Shown piece by piece: positions 12,441 to 25,541 of a stretch of 64,000 nt of DNA (positions within the stretch are counted from its first letter, which is position 1; every line of letters starts with the position of its first letter). The stretch lies in the NCBI GenBank assembly GCA_004431415.1, contig QPMI01000633.1:1-64000 (forward strand), read 5' to 3'. This DNA is from Cyanophora paradoxa CCMP329 (lineage: Eukaryota; Plantae; Glaucophyta). The position numbers were made by a program, and so were the translations under genes. Below the pieces are notes generated by a model, which ran no database searches, was not told the DNA's origin, and worked only from the letters and a program-made list of their open reading frames with translations.

Positions 12441-15400
12441 TCACTCCTTCAGGAGCTCCTCGAGGTAGAGGCGCTTCTCGCGGAGGAAGGCGGCCGCCAG
12501 CCGCTCCCGGGCGCTCGCGCCCTGCTCGCCCCGGCCCCGGCCTCAGGATCAATCAAGAGCCGGCCGAACCTGGGCCGGCGGCGGGCGGCGGGCACCTCGG
12601 CGGGCTCGCGGGCGGGGGGCATCGCGTCGAGGGCCTCCCGGCACGCCACCCGCACCTGCACGGGCGCGCGTCCGCCTCGGCTTCCCAGCCGAGGGCGCGG
12701 GGCGGGGGCCCGGGCGAACCGCGCGCTGGATCGCCGCCTCCGTCTCCTCCGAGGCCGGCCGCTGGAAGTGCGCGGCCTGCCGGCAGGGCGGGGGCGGGCC
12801 GCTCATGATCAGCAGGGCGGGCGGGGCGAGCCGGGCCCGGGGGCGCGCACGAGGGCGATGGAGGCCGACTCGGGGAGGGGCTCCGCCGAGGCCCCGTCCC
12901 TCTCGCCCCCGCCAGCGCCCCGGGCGCCACGCCGGCCTCCGCCAGCGCCGCCCCCCACTCCGCCGCCGTCGCCAGCAGGCCCCGCAGGCCCGCCGCCGAC
13001 GTCTGCCCCCCGCCGCCGCTCAGGGCGGGGGGGACGGGGCGCCCCGCGCGCGCACCCCGTTGACGGTGAACTTCAGGTCGCGGGCCACGTAGACGCGCTC
13101 TGGGGGGTACGCGTCTGGGACGGGTGGGGCGGACTGCGGGGGTACGGGGCCGGACCGCGGTAGAGGAGGCCCGACTCGGAGAGGGCGCGGATGCGGGGGG
13201 CCAGGGAGCCCGCGGGGACGCCCCGCAGCACCGCCGGGTACTCCTACGCCGAGTCAAGGGGGGGGGGGGGGGGGGGGGGCGGAAGGCCCGAGGGGTACGC
13301 GGGCCTGGACGAGGGCGCTGAGGTTGGAGGCGAGGACGACGATCTCGTGGGGCAGCCCTCCTCCACGAACCCGTAGAACTGGGGGTGGGGGGGGGGGGGG
13401 GGAGGCTCAGGGGTAGGGGGTTTGGGGCCGGGGCGGGCCCGCCTGCAGCAGCTGGTCGTTGGAGCGCTTGCCGTAGCTGCGGCGCGGGCGTCGGCGCGGC
13501 GGCGCGGGGGCGGGTACGGGGCGAGTATCGGGAGCGGGGGGCGCGCCTGATGAAAACCTGCTCGCCGGGGGCGTACCCCTGCTTCTTGTCGCCGGGGCGC
13601 GACGTCGTGAGGGCGTACTGCGGCGGAGGGCCTCAGGAGGGGCCCCGGGAGGAAGGCGGGGGCGGGGCGCCTGGTCGTAGAAGTACTCGTAGGCGACGTC
13701 GCTGGCGACGCCGCTCCGGTGGTTCGCCAGGTCGACCACCTTGCGGGCGAGGGGGCGGCTCGGAGGGGGGGTCCGTGTGGGCGGCGAGGCGGGGCGGGGG
13801 CCGCATGCGCACGGGGCAGAGGACGAAGGTGCGCTCCTCGCCCGAGCCCGGCTGCACGATCCCCCGCGCCCGCGGGTAGACTGCCGCCCCGCCTCAGCGA
13901 GGCGAGGCCGGCGGGGGCGGGCGGGCGGCGGCGGGGGCGGGGCGCGCTGAAGTCGTATGCGAGGACGCCGGTGGAGACGGAGACAAAGGCGTTCACCGCC
14001 TGCGGGGCGGGGCGGGGCGGGTGAGGCGGGGGGGCGGGGGCGGGGGCGGGGCGCGGGGCGGACGTCGTCGAGGGAGCCGAGGCCCGAGGCGCCGTACGCC
14101 GCCGAGAGGGCCGCCACGGCGCCCACCATCGCCAGGTGCCGCCGGAAGGGCGTCCGGATCTGCGGGCCGGCGAAGGCCCGGCTGCACACCGCCGCCGCCG
14201 CCGAGTAGAGCTCCGCCTCCCTGCGCGCGCGTCGCCCGGCCGCTCGCGCCGGCGCGAGGCGCGCCCCCCGTGGGCGCACGAGAAGGGGAGCGACGGGTCG
14301 CCGCCCTTGAGCTTCTCGAAGTGCCGCCCCCACGCCTCCCGCTGGTCCTTCACCGCCTGCGCATGCCCCGCCCCGCGTCTTTCGCCCGCCCCGCTGCGCT
14401 CTAGATCTCGGCGGCGCGCCTTCGTCATTGCGGGGTACCCCAGGCCCGCCAGCTCGCCGTCGCTGCGGCGAAGCTGAGGGGTAGGGGAGCCGAGGGCGGG
14501 GGTGGCGCACCTCCAGAAGAAGGGAACGTCGACGCGCTCGGGAAGGAGCCTGCGCGCGCCGAGCCACGAGCTCGGTCGGGAAGGGAGGGGTACGCGGGGT
14601 GGGCGGCGGGGCGCACTGGACCCAGCCTGCCCGGGGCGATGCATCCCCCTTCCTCCGCTCGATGCAGACCTCCACCGCGAGCCGCATGAACCTGCACCCC
14701 TCCCGGATCGGATCGAGCGCCTGAGGGTACGCGCGCGGCGCACCACGGGAGCTCGGCCCAGACGGCAGGGTCCACGACGTCGGGGTGCGGGCACTTCCCC
14801 GCGATGCTCGTCGCCTCGAGCGCCGCCGAGCGGGGCACCGTGATCTGCGGGAATTTGAGGCGGTCGGGCGCGGATCGTGGGGGCGGCCCGGGGGCGCGCC
14901 ACCAGGTCTTTCGGCTTGATCTCGCCGGTGGCCACCAGCCCGCGCAGATCGCCGAAGTACTTGAGGGCGACGCTGCCCCGCGCGCCGATCAGCGCCCCCC
15001 GCGCCCTCCCCCGCGCGCCCCGCGCACTTGGGGGCCTTGACGCCGGCCTTGGCCATCCAGCTCGCCAGGTGATCCTGCTCGCTCGCCTCCCGCCCCGCAT
15101 TCGGCTGCTTCTGCGCCGGCGCTTTCGCTTCCTTCGCCGCCGCCGGCTGGGTAGGCTTGGCTTTAGCTGCGGCCTGCTTCGAGTTCTTCTTGCTCGGGGC
15201 GGGCGGCTCAGTCACGCAGACGATCGGAGAATGTGCCGGCTGGAAGCGCCTCCTGCTGGTCGCGGATCTTAGCCCGCTCAAGTCGGCGCCGGGCGCGCCT
15301 GCGGAGGCGATTGCGTCATTGCAGATGGCAAGAGAAACCGGATCTAAGCCGTGGACGAACCCAGCAGCGGCGCTGCGGCGAACATTTTTTTGCGCGCGAA
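12441..15400 (-). CDS. SET-domain protein lysine methyltransferase, Rubisco-LSMT/SETD3-like; 5' end approximate
   Basis: RGLVATGEIK, ITVPRSAAL, VCSRAF, LCP|VVDLANH, GEQVFI|SYGKRSNDQLLQ|FYGFVEE and C-terminal ERLAAAFLREKRLYLEELLKE*; Ser/Ala/Arg-rich N-terminus resembles an organellar transit peptide. Confidence 0.85.
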
Positions 15401-15856
15401 ACACGATACCCTCACCTGGAGCACGACGCAGCGCGTCCAGGCGCCGCGTCGAGCAAGCGCAGCGCTGCGATAGCGAGAGCAAGCACGTTTCCTGCGCATC
15501 ACGATGTCGTATCACCCGTGAGTCGCTCTGCGTGCAACGCCGCGCGCGGTCTGCGAATGCAACTCGCGCAGCATCTTCCAAGATCGCCTGGACTGGTACC
15601 GCGTCTCGAAGAAGCGCCAGAATGCTGGTCCGCCTGCGCGTTTTGCGTTCCGCATGTGCTCGTCCTTCCGCGCCCGCAGCTTCAGATGTTCGCGTTGCGG
15701 GCGGCTTCCAGAGCAGCGCCTCCGATCCGACCAGTGAAAAGACAGGTCGCGCCGCCGCTGCTGACACAGTGCGGGCCGCGCTGACGCAGAGGCGCAGCGA
15801 CGTTCTCAGATGGGCGGCCCCGCGAGGGCGTCGTCATTGTTGGCAACCCGCTGATA

Positions 15857-17161
15857 ATGCGGAAGAACGAGAAGAAGAGTCCCGAGGAGCAGTTCGTCGC
15901 ATACGTGGGTGAGCGCCCGCTCGCGTCGAATGTGGTCCGCACCGGCCCAACTTGACATCCGACGGCAGATCCCGCGCTTCGCGTTCCCCGGGACGGCGTG
16001 GTGCAGGAGTGGGAGTACGTGGCGCACCAGAAGGGCGCCGTCGAGTTCCAGGCGCGCGCCCGCGGTCCTCGGGCTTGGATCCCGCGCGCGCGCGCGATCT
16101 CCAGCGCCTCGCGGGGCGAGCCGCGGGCGCGAGCAGATCTGGCGGCCCTTCTCGGCCCTCTCGGCCTCCGTCTCGGAGGTCAGGGCGGAGCTGGTCGGGA
16201 CCCACTTCGCCGAGGTCCGTCCCCGCCCGCGCGCGTCCCCGGCCCGCCCCGCCGCCTCCCCGACGGGCCGGCGGCGCAGGTGAGCCCGGGGCGGCACCGG
16301 GAGGCGCTGCCGGCGAGCGCGCAGATCGAGTGCCAGGCCGGCGACGTGGTGGGCTAGTGCGCGGCGGCCCGCCCCCGCGCCGGCCCCTCTCCCTCTCCCT
16401 CGCGCGAGCGCGCGGGCGCCGCAGCACGTTCGACAACCGCGTCGGGACGCAGCCGCTCTCGTACGGGCAGGAGGAGGGCGGCCGGTGCGACCGCCTCGCG
16501 CCCGTGCCCGCCTCCCCCCGTCCCACCCGCTCGAGCCCCGGGCCGGGCAGGATCACGCTCTCCACCCCGAACCGCGTCGCCAAGGGCGCGACGGGCTTCG
16601 CCGGCGGGGCGGCCGGCGGCATGCTCTTCTTCGGGCCCATCGGCGCCCTCCTTGGGGGCGTCGCCGGCTACTTTGCCGGCGCGCGCGTACCCCTCCCCCG
16701 GCGGGCCCTCCGATCCTGCCTCCGTGGACGAAATCGGAGGCTCGCGCAGGCGACAAGGTCGGCGGGGCGGGCGAGAACATGTCCCGGGCGGCCGCCACGG
16801 GCTGGCTCTCCGTACCCCCCTCGGTCTGCTTCTCCCCTGCTGCCCGGAGACGCGAACGTGATCATGACGCACCCCCGCCCGCTCATGATCAGGTGGGGGA
16901 CTGCGTGACGTTCAGCCAGAAGCACAAGCGCGTCACCTCGATCGCGGCGCATGTGCAGGCCGGCCGCTCTCAGGGTGCGCGGATCGGAGTCGGAGCTCGC
17001 GCGGGGCCGATGCGCGTGCGAGGGCAGCCTTTTCTCACATCTGCAGTGCGGCAGACCTGGGGACGATGTCGCCGTCGGGAGGCAGTCGCGAAGGCCGCGG
17101 CGCATCGACCTCGGGCACGGCCGCGCCGGGCGGGCGGATCCCCCGGGGCGAGGAGGAGTAG
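15857..17161 (+). CDS. Uncharacterised protein with a glycine-zipper segment, multi-exon
   Basis: Exons MRKNEKKSPEEQFVAYV / EWEYVAHQKGAVEFQ / IWRPF...ELVGTHFAE / VAKGATGFAGGAAGGMLFFGPIGALLGGVAGYFAG / VGDCVTFSQKHKRVTSIAAHVQ. Confidence 0.55.
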
Positions 17162-17457
17162 ATCCAAATCGAGGTCACGTGCAAATGGCAGAGCTAGAGC
17201 TAGATACAGAGCCGCTGGCGCCGCGAGCCATGCCAGCAGCTGAGACAGTCACTGAGAGTCCTGTTCAATTTCTTGCTTCATGTTCAAGGCTTGTTGCTTT
17301 CGGCGTCAACGTCCACGTCCGAAGGTCGTCGATGTCGCGCGCGCTCAGCTTCCAAAGTTCCACTCGCGCGCGGCCGACTTGCGAATTCCGTGCTTGCCTG
17401 TTCGCGTACCCCCGCAAATTCGATCGGCCGAGGCTACGCGAGCGGGCTGCAAGGGCA

Positions 17458-20400
17458 ATGCAGCCGCCGGAGGACGCTACGATCGATGACCTGTTCTCCA
17501 GCGCGCCGGGCGAGGGCCCGTCAGGGAAGAGGGCGCGGAAGGCGGGAGGCGCGCGGGCGCGTGAGGCGCTGAACGTGCAGATCACGCGGGACAGCGTGCA
17601 GCGCTCGGAGCTGGATGCAAGCCTCGCTGGGCTCGGCGTGGCCGCGTACGTCTCAGACGACCTCGAGCGCAACGTGCTTGCACAGGTGCGCCTTTGGAAC
17701 GCTCCAGGAGCGCGATCCGCTTGCGCTGCGCCGATCTTGGAGCCGCCGTGCCTTAGCCGCGTGCGCTCGTGCGCGTTCCCGTGCAGGTCGACAAGGCCAT
17801 CGAGCAGGAGGAGGCGCGGCGGGAGCGGCAGAACATCGAGGCGATGGACAAGGAGATCGCGCGTCTGCGGGAGCAGCTGGCCGCGCTCCCCGACACGCCG
17901 GCGCGCCCGCCGCACCTGCTCGCCATCCTGACTCCCAAGCAACGCGAGGAGGAGGAGGTCGCGCGGCAGAAGCGCGCCATCGCCGTGCGCTCCCCGGGAG
18001 CCGGCGCCGGCGACGCGCGTCCCCGCGCGACGCCGACGCCGGCCGCGCAGGCGAAGAAGCTCGCCGAGCTCGAGCTGAGGCGGAGCGCGGCGGAGGCGCT
18101 CCTGCAGAACAAGCGCAGGCGCGAGGCGCTCGCCAGGCAGAAGAAGGACGCGCAGGCGGCCTCCGCCTCTTCGTCCTCCTCCTCGTCCGCGCGGCCCGGC
18201 GGGGCGGCGGCGCCGGCGGCGGGCGTCGGGGGCATCGCGGTGGACGAGACGGAGCGGGAGCGGCTCATCCGCGCCGGCGTCCTCACGCCCTTCGACGGCG
18301 TCCAGGGCGCCGACAAGCGCGCATCCTTCCCCGTCGTCACCGCCCGCGGCGCCCTCCGCGCCCAGATCAGCCGCCAGTCCGGGTTCGACCCGGCGCTCGA
18401 GGTCCCGCGCGACTCGGAGCAGCGGGACCAGCGCTGGCGCCCGAGCGTCCCCTCCGCGCAGCAGCAGGCTGCGCGCGGCGGCGCGCACCCGGCCGCCCCC
18501 GCCGCCCTGGAGGCCGACAAGGCGCTCCACAAGGAGCTGGGGGCCCGCCACCGCAAGCGCCGCCGCATGGACCAGAGCAAGGTGCCGCGCGCGCCCGCCC
18601 GAACGCGAACTCGAAGCGGAGGGGAAGGGCGCGGGGGCGAGTCGGGGAAGCTTAGAGCGCGCGCCCGCCTCGCGGGGCGGCTGAGGGCGGGGCAGTACGT
18701 GGACGACGGGGACGACCTCGCGTACGAGCGGCGCCTCGAGGAGTGGGAGCGCCGCGCCGCCCCCAGGCCGCCCCGCGCAGCCCCGGGCGAGCCCGACGAG
18801 GCCGAGGAGGAGGAGGAGGAGGAGGGGCCGCGGAGGGGGCGGAGGAAGGGGCGGCGGCGGCGCGCGGGGCCCCCGCCCGACTCGGAAGACGAGGCGGAGG
18901 CAGAGGTGGAGGAGGAGGAGGAAGAGGAGTGGAAGCCAGATGAGGAGGAGAAGGAGGGGGAGGAGGAGGCGGGGGAGGGCGACGAGGAGGAGGCGGAGGA
19001 GGAGGAGGAGGGGGGTGTGGAGGCGCGCGGGGCGGGGGGCCCACCCCGGCGCCGCTGAGGGGCGGGGGGCTGCAGGACGCGACCTTCGAGGGCGGGCTGA
19101 CCGTCCCCGGCCGCCTCTACGCCCGCCTCTTCGACTACCAGCGCACCGGTCCGCGCCCCCCGCCCCCCTCGCCCGGGGCCCCGCCGAGGGCGCCGGCGCA
19201 CGGGATGCACCGGCCAGCGGGTCAGCAGGCGGGGCCCGGGCCAGCGGGTTAGGGAGGGCCAGAGGGGACGCTGCCCGCCCCCGGGGCGCGCCTGGCGCTG
19301 CGCTCCCCGGCGCCCGCCTCACGCTGGAGCCGCCAGGGGTGAAGTGGCTGTGGGAGCTGCACTGCCAGAAGGCCGGCGGCATCGTCGGCGACGAGATGGC
19401 GCGCCCCGGCGCCTCACCGTGCCCCTTCCCCCTCCCGGCCCTGCTGACCGGGGGGCGCAGGGCCTGGGCAAGACCATCCAGGTGAGCGGGGGCGGGGCCG
19501 CTATGGGCTCCCGCGGGGCCGAGCGCGGTGCGGGCAGGTGATCGCGCTGCTGGCGGGCCTGCACCGCTCGGGCCTCTTCGGCCCCTCCATCGTCGTCTGC
19601 CCCGCCACCGTCCGCCCACCCCTCCTTTCCCCGCTTCGCATCTGACGCCCCGGCAGGTTATGCGGCAGTGGGTCCGCGAGTTCCACTCGTGGTACCCCGC
19701 CCCGCTTCCACCCCCCTCCCCCTCGTTGCCCGTGGGGAGCGCGGGGGCGGCAGGTACCCGCCGCTGCGGGTCTCGATCCTGCACGAGTCGGGCTCCTCGT
19801 CGGCCCGGGGCGAGTCCCGCACTGACCTAATCTCCAAGGCCCGGCCTCCCTCCCCCGCCCGGCGAGGAGCGCGCGCTGTGCTAATCGCGCCGGGGGGCGG
19901 GGCGCAGGTCGCGATGAACGGCGACGTCCTCGTCACCACCTACGAGCAGGCCCGCCGCCCCGGGCCCCGGCCTGCACACGTGCACCCCCTCGCGAGCGCC
20001 CGCGCAGGTCCGCATCCTCGCCAAGCGCCTCGTGCGGCACCGGTGCGCCCCGCTCCGACCCGACCCGACCCGACCCGGTGCGATGCGATGCGATCTGAAG
20101 CGATGCGATCAGGTGGCAGTACGTGGTGCTGGACGAGGGCCACAAGGTGCCCCCACCGCGCCCCCGCGCCGCCCCCGGGAGCGCCTCACCGCCCGCCAGA
20201 TCCGCAACCCGGACGCGGAGGTCACGCTCGCCTGCAAGCAGTTCAAGGCCCGGCGGCGCCCCCTCGCTCCTCCCCGTCCCCCTCTCTCTCCCCTAGCGTG
20301 GCCTGACCTCTAGGACGCGCAGACGGCGCACCGGCTGATCCTGAGCGGGTCGCCGGTGCAGAACAACCTCTCGGAGCTCTGGTCCCTCTTCGACTTCGTC

Positions 20401-21285
20401 TTCCCCGGCCGCCTCGGGGTCCCCGCCCCCCGCCCCCCCGCCCCCCCGCGCCCCCCGCCGCCTGACCCCGCCCCGCAGACCCTCCCCGTCTTCCAGGCCC
20501 AGTTCGCCGTCCCCATCGCCATGGGCGGCTACTCCAACGCCTCCAAGATCCAGGCCCGCCCCCCGCCCTGCCCCTCGGGGCGGTAGCCGAAGCGGGGGGC
20601 GGGCGCGGCTGCGCAGGTGCAGATGGCGTACAAGTGCGCGGTGGTCCTCAAGGAGCTCATCTCCCCCTACCTCCTCCGCCGCATGAAGGCCCGGCCCCCC
20701 CCCCCCCCCCCCCCCCCCTCCCTCTGCCGCCCCCGAGCCCCGGGGCCGGCGCAGGCGGACGTGAAATGCATCCTCCCCAGCAAGAGCGAGCAGGCGCGGG
20801 GCCCCGGGCAGCCGTCCCTGCCTCCCCGCCGCCCCGCCTGAGGGGGCCCGCTCTGCGCGCAGGTGCTCTTCTGCCGGCTGACGGAGCAGCAGCGGAAGCT
20901 CTACGCCGACTTCCTCAAGTCCCCCAAGGCCCGCCCCGCCCCGGGCCGCCGCTTTGTAGCGCTCCCGGCTGACCGCGAGCGGCGGGGCGGGGGCAGGTGA
21001 CGGAGGCGCTGGAGGGGAAGCAGAAGCTCCTCGGCGCCATCGACGTCATCCGCAAGGCCAGGCCGGCGCTCCCCGGCGCCCGGCGGCGCCTGACGGGGGC
21101 CCCGGGGCGCAGATCTGCAACCACCCGGACCTGCTCGAGCGGACCTCGCAGGACCGGGTGCGCGGTCGCCAGGCGGCGCGGCGCCGGCGCGCGTCTGAGG
21201 GGGCCGGGGCGTGGCGGGGCAGCCGGCGGACTACGGGAGCCGGGAGCGCAGCGGGAAGCTGCTCGTCGTCGACCAGGTGCCCGCT

Positions 21286-21317
<32 letters not shown>

Positions 21318-24278
21318 TGCCCCGCGCGCGCGCCGGCCCCCGGCTGAGCGGGGCCTCCCCCGCGGCAGATCCTGCCCGTGTGGAAGGCCCAGAGCCACCG
21401 CGTCCTCCTCTTCTGCCAGGTGCCGCCGCCCCTCCCGGCCCCAGCCCGCCGCCCTCCGGCCCTGGACGACGCCCGGGCAGACGCGGCAGATGCTGGACAT
21501 CGTCGAGCTCCTCGCCGTCGAGCGCGGTGCCCGCCCCGCTCGCCCGCCCGCCCCCCCCCCCCGCCCCCTCCGACCCCCGCCAGGCTACACCTACCGCCGC
21601 ATGGACGGCAACACCTCCATCAAGGTCCCCCCTACCCTCTGCCCCCGCCCTCGTCGGCTGACAGGCGTACCCTCCAGAGCCGGATGGCGCTGATCGACGA
21701 GTTCAACTCGTACCCCGACATCTTCCTCTTCCTGCTGACCACGAAGGTGGGCGGCCTCGGGGTGAACCTCACCGGCGCCGACCGCGTCCTCCTCTACGAC
21801 CCCGACTGGGTCCGCCCCGCCCTGCCCGCCCCGCTCCCCCGCCCGCCCGTGTAGAGCGGGCAGCCGCCTCTGCGGCGGCCTGCTCCACTCGGGGGCTGAG
21901 GGGCGGGCAGAACCCGTCGACGGACATGCAGGCGCGCGAGCGCGCTTGGCGCCTCGGCCAGGTCCCCGCACCCCCGGCCTCCCTCCGCCGCCTCACGCCG
22001 ACGCGGGGCGGGGGGCAGCAACGGGAGGTGACCGTGTACCGCCTCATCACCTCGGGGACCATCGAGGAGAAGATCTACCACCGCCAGGCCCGCCCGCGCG
22101 CCCCGCCCCCCGCCACTCCCCGCCCCGCTGCGGCTCACCCCCGCCCCGCCCCTTGCAGATCTTCAAGCAGTTCCTGACGAACCGCGTGCTCAAGGACCCG
22201 CGCCAGCGCCGCTTCTTCAAGGCCCGCGCCCCCGCCTCCTCCGCTCGCCCGGGGGGCCGGCGGGCTCACGGGCCTGCGGGGCGCAGGCGAAGGACCTGCG
22301 GGACCTCTTCACCCTCGGGGACGAGTACCAGCAGGCGCCCCTCCCCTGCCCCCGCCCGGCCACCCGCCGCCCCTCACGCGCCGGCAGGGGACGGAGACGG
22401 GGGACCTCTTCGGGGAGGGCGAGGCCGCCGCCCTCCCCGCCCCTCCCCCCGCCGGCCCCAGCGGCCCCGGCGGCGAGGCGGGGGCGGGGGCGGGGAGGAG
22501 GGCGGCGGGGCGCAGCAGCGGGTGTCGGAGGGTCGGGCGGGGAGGAGGCCGCCCCGAGCGCTTCGCCCTCTCGGGCGCCCTCGTCCGCCAGGAGGCCTAC
22601 CGCGGCCCCGGGGGCGACCCCGCCGAGGAGGCCCCCGAGGGGCCCGCCCCCGAGGCCCCCGCCGGCGGCGGCAACGGCGGCGAGGGGGCGTCGGCGAAGG
22701 ACGACGCCGCCATCCTCCGCATGCTCCTCCAGGGCCGCGGCGTCCAGGCCCGCCCCGGCCCCGCCCCGCCCCTCCCCCCTCCTCACGGCGGGCCGCAGAG
22801 CGCGCTCTCGCACGACAAGATCCTCTCCGCCGGCTCCGGCGCCGAGGCGATGCTCGTCGAGCAGGAGGGCCCGCCCGCCCCCGCCCCGCCCCGCGCCCCA
22901 CGGGCCCCGCCTCACGCGGGGCCGGCAGCGGCGGCGATCGCGCGGCGGCGGCGGAGGCCCTCCGGAAGTCCCGCGAGGCGCGCCCCGCGCACCCGCCTGC
23001 CCCGGCCCGCCTGACCCCGCCCCGCCCCCCGGCAGGCGCGCTCGCTGCACCCCATCGCCGTGCCCACGTGGACCGGCCGCTCGGGGCCGCCGGCGCCCCG
23101 CAGCGCCACGCCCCGCCCCCGCCCCCCTCCCCGCCCCCGCCGCCCGCCCCGCCGCTTCGGCGCCGTCCCCCGCGGCCGCCCCGCGCCCTCCCCCTCCCCC
23201 TCCTCCTCGCCCTCGCCCCCGCCTGCGCCCCTCCCGCCCTCCTCGCCCTCCCCGCCCGCCGGCCCCCTCGCCCTCCCCGCGCCCGGACCGAGGTCATCGA
23301 CTTGGACCCCGAGCCGGGCCCCGCCCCCGCCCCCGCCGCCCTCCCCGCCCCGCCCGCCCCCGCCCCGCCGACGGCCCCGCCCCGCCGCTTCCTCCGCCGC
23401 CCCGCCCCGCGGCGAACGCACCGCCGCCCGCGCCCTTCTACACCGCATCTTCGGCGGCGGCGGCGGCGGTGCGGGCGGCGGCGGGCCCCAGCGGGAGGCG
23501 CGGGGGGCGCCCGCGCCGCCCCGCCCGCACGCCCTCCCCGCCGCCGCCAGCGGGCGCCTCGGGCGCGGGGCTGGGGCGCCGCTCTCCTCTGGCGCCCTCC
23601 TCGCCCGCATCCGCGAGCGCCAGTCCATGGGTTCTTCCCCCCTTCCTCCGCCCCGCGCCCCGCGCCCGCGCGCTGACGGGCGGCAGGCGGGGCCGGCGAG
23701 GGCGGCGCCCCCCCTCGGGCCCCCGTGCGCTTGCCCCCGCGCAGGCCACCCTCCCGCGCTGAGCTCCGTGGGGCGGCAGGGGCGGGCCGGGCCCGGGGAG
23801 GGCCTGGCGGCGGAGGTGGCCGGGGCGGCGGGGCCGGGGCCGGGCCTGACGCTGGGGGAGGCGGAGGCGCTGCTCGCCTCCCGCGCCAACCGCGAGTCCC
23901 TCATCCTCGACATCCGCCAGGCCCGCCCCTCCCCCTCCACGGCCCCTCCCCCGCGCCCGGGCCCCGCGCGAGCCCCCGCCAGTTCCTCGTGGACCGCGGG
24001 GGGGAGGCCGCCACGCAGGACCTCATCGGGCACTTCCAGGTGCCCGGGCCCCCACGAATGGGGCCGGCGGGGGCGCGCTGACGGTGGGGCGCGGGGGCAG
24101 GGGCGGCTGGCGACGCCGGAGGAGCGCGTCCTCTTCCGCGAGATGCTCCGCGAGGCCCGCCCCGCCCGCCCGCCCCCCTGCAGCAGCGCCCTCAGGCGGC
24201 CCGCAGACGGCGGAGGTGGTGCGGCGGACGGGCGGCCGGGAGAGCGGCTCCTGGCGCCTCAAGCAGGAGTTCCTGTGA
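17458..24278 (+). CDS. ERCC6: Cockayne syndrome B / Rad26 SNF2-family ATPase
   Basis: [41 protein letters not shown]|GLGKT, VLDEGHK|[81 protein letters not shown]|[26 protein letters not shown]-terminal WRLKQEFL*. Confidence 0.95.
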
Positions 24279-25541
24279 GGGGCCCCGGCGGGAGCAGGGC
24301 AGGCCGCAGACGCGCAGGCCCAGGCCAGCACCCCGCTGGCCCACGGCCAGGGATCCGTCCGATCCGCTGGCTTTCTGCCGAATCGCCCTCGTTCGTCGAA
24401 TCCGCCGAATCGTTCTTTTTGTCTCAAGCATTACCTGCGCATGCTGGCCGTGCACTTCGGAGAGAGCAGGCCTTGGGAAATCAAAGCTTGGAGCGCGGGC
24501 CCGGCCGGCCGTGGGCGCTTGCGATGGGCCTTCCCAGCCTGCAGTCAGGCCAGTGCCTTGAAATGCGCCAGCGGCAAGAGCCTTGGCTTCTTCTGATCAT
24601 GAGCTTAAGCCTTCGACGCTTCGAATCCTGAACGTCGTACTGTTGGAATTTTTTAGCTCCGAGCCGCAGTCTGATCATGAACCGTGATCGTGCCTGAACT
24701 GCCGGTTCTTCAGAATGCTGTAATTTAATTGCCGAAATCTAGCCAGTCACACACTGAATTGCGCCGAACTCGGGAACTTCGGAATCTAGCCAGTTGCGCC
24801 ATATGCATGGCCGATCCGATGTCGATGATCTCAGAGTCTGATCGCGCGTGATGCGTACGCTCTGCCGGTCATGATCAAGGCAGTTCGCGAGGTCGACCCC
24901 CTTTTTGTCTCATGATCATGATTAGGATCTTGGAGCCCGACCTCAAACTTTCATGTTCGAACCTCGTATACGTATACGTCGGTGCACGTGCGCGCTCATC
25001 CGGATCCTGCAGCTGCTTTGTCAATTTTTTCTCGAGCGAATTCTTTTCTTGTCAAGTTTAAAGGTTTTTCGACCCGGCGACGTCAAGTTGACGACGACAA
25101 CTTCTTATTGATCGCGAGGCGGTCACTTCACGTTCCGAAGTTCGTCAACTGACTCTCGTGAGCTGATCATGATCATGACTCATGATCAGCCTGGCAGTGC
25201 TTGGTCAACTGACTTTCGTCAGCTGACCCATCGATATCCGACGCCTAGCCTACGGGCAGCTGGCCTCCGCCTGGTCATCATGATCAGAGCATCACTACCG
25301 AGGCGGCGAGGCTTCGAACTTCGGAATTCGCAAACGAGCAGCTAAGCGCCCCTGGCTCCAGCACCTCGGAGCACAAAGCAGTAACTGATCGAGCCTCGGA
25401 GGTGCGCGCGGGGCCTTCGATCGCGATTTGCGCGGCCCTCCGCGCTTCGCGCTGCGCATGGCGGGCGTGGGCCGCTCGGCCTGTTCATGTTCTGATCGTC
25501 GCCGCGCGAACGCGTAAGCAGACCTTGCCAAGCTGACCAGA

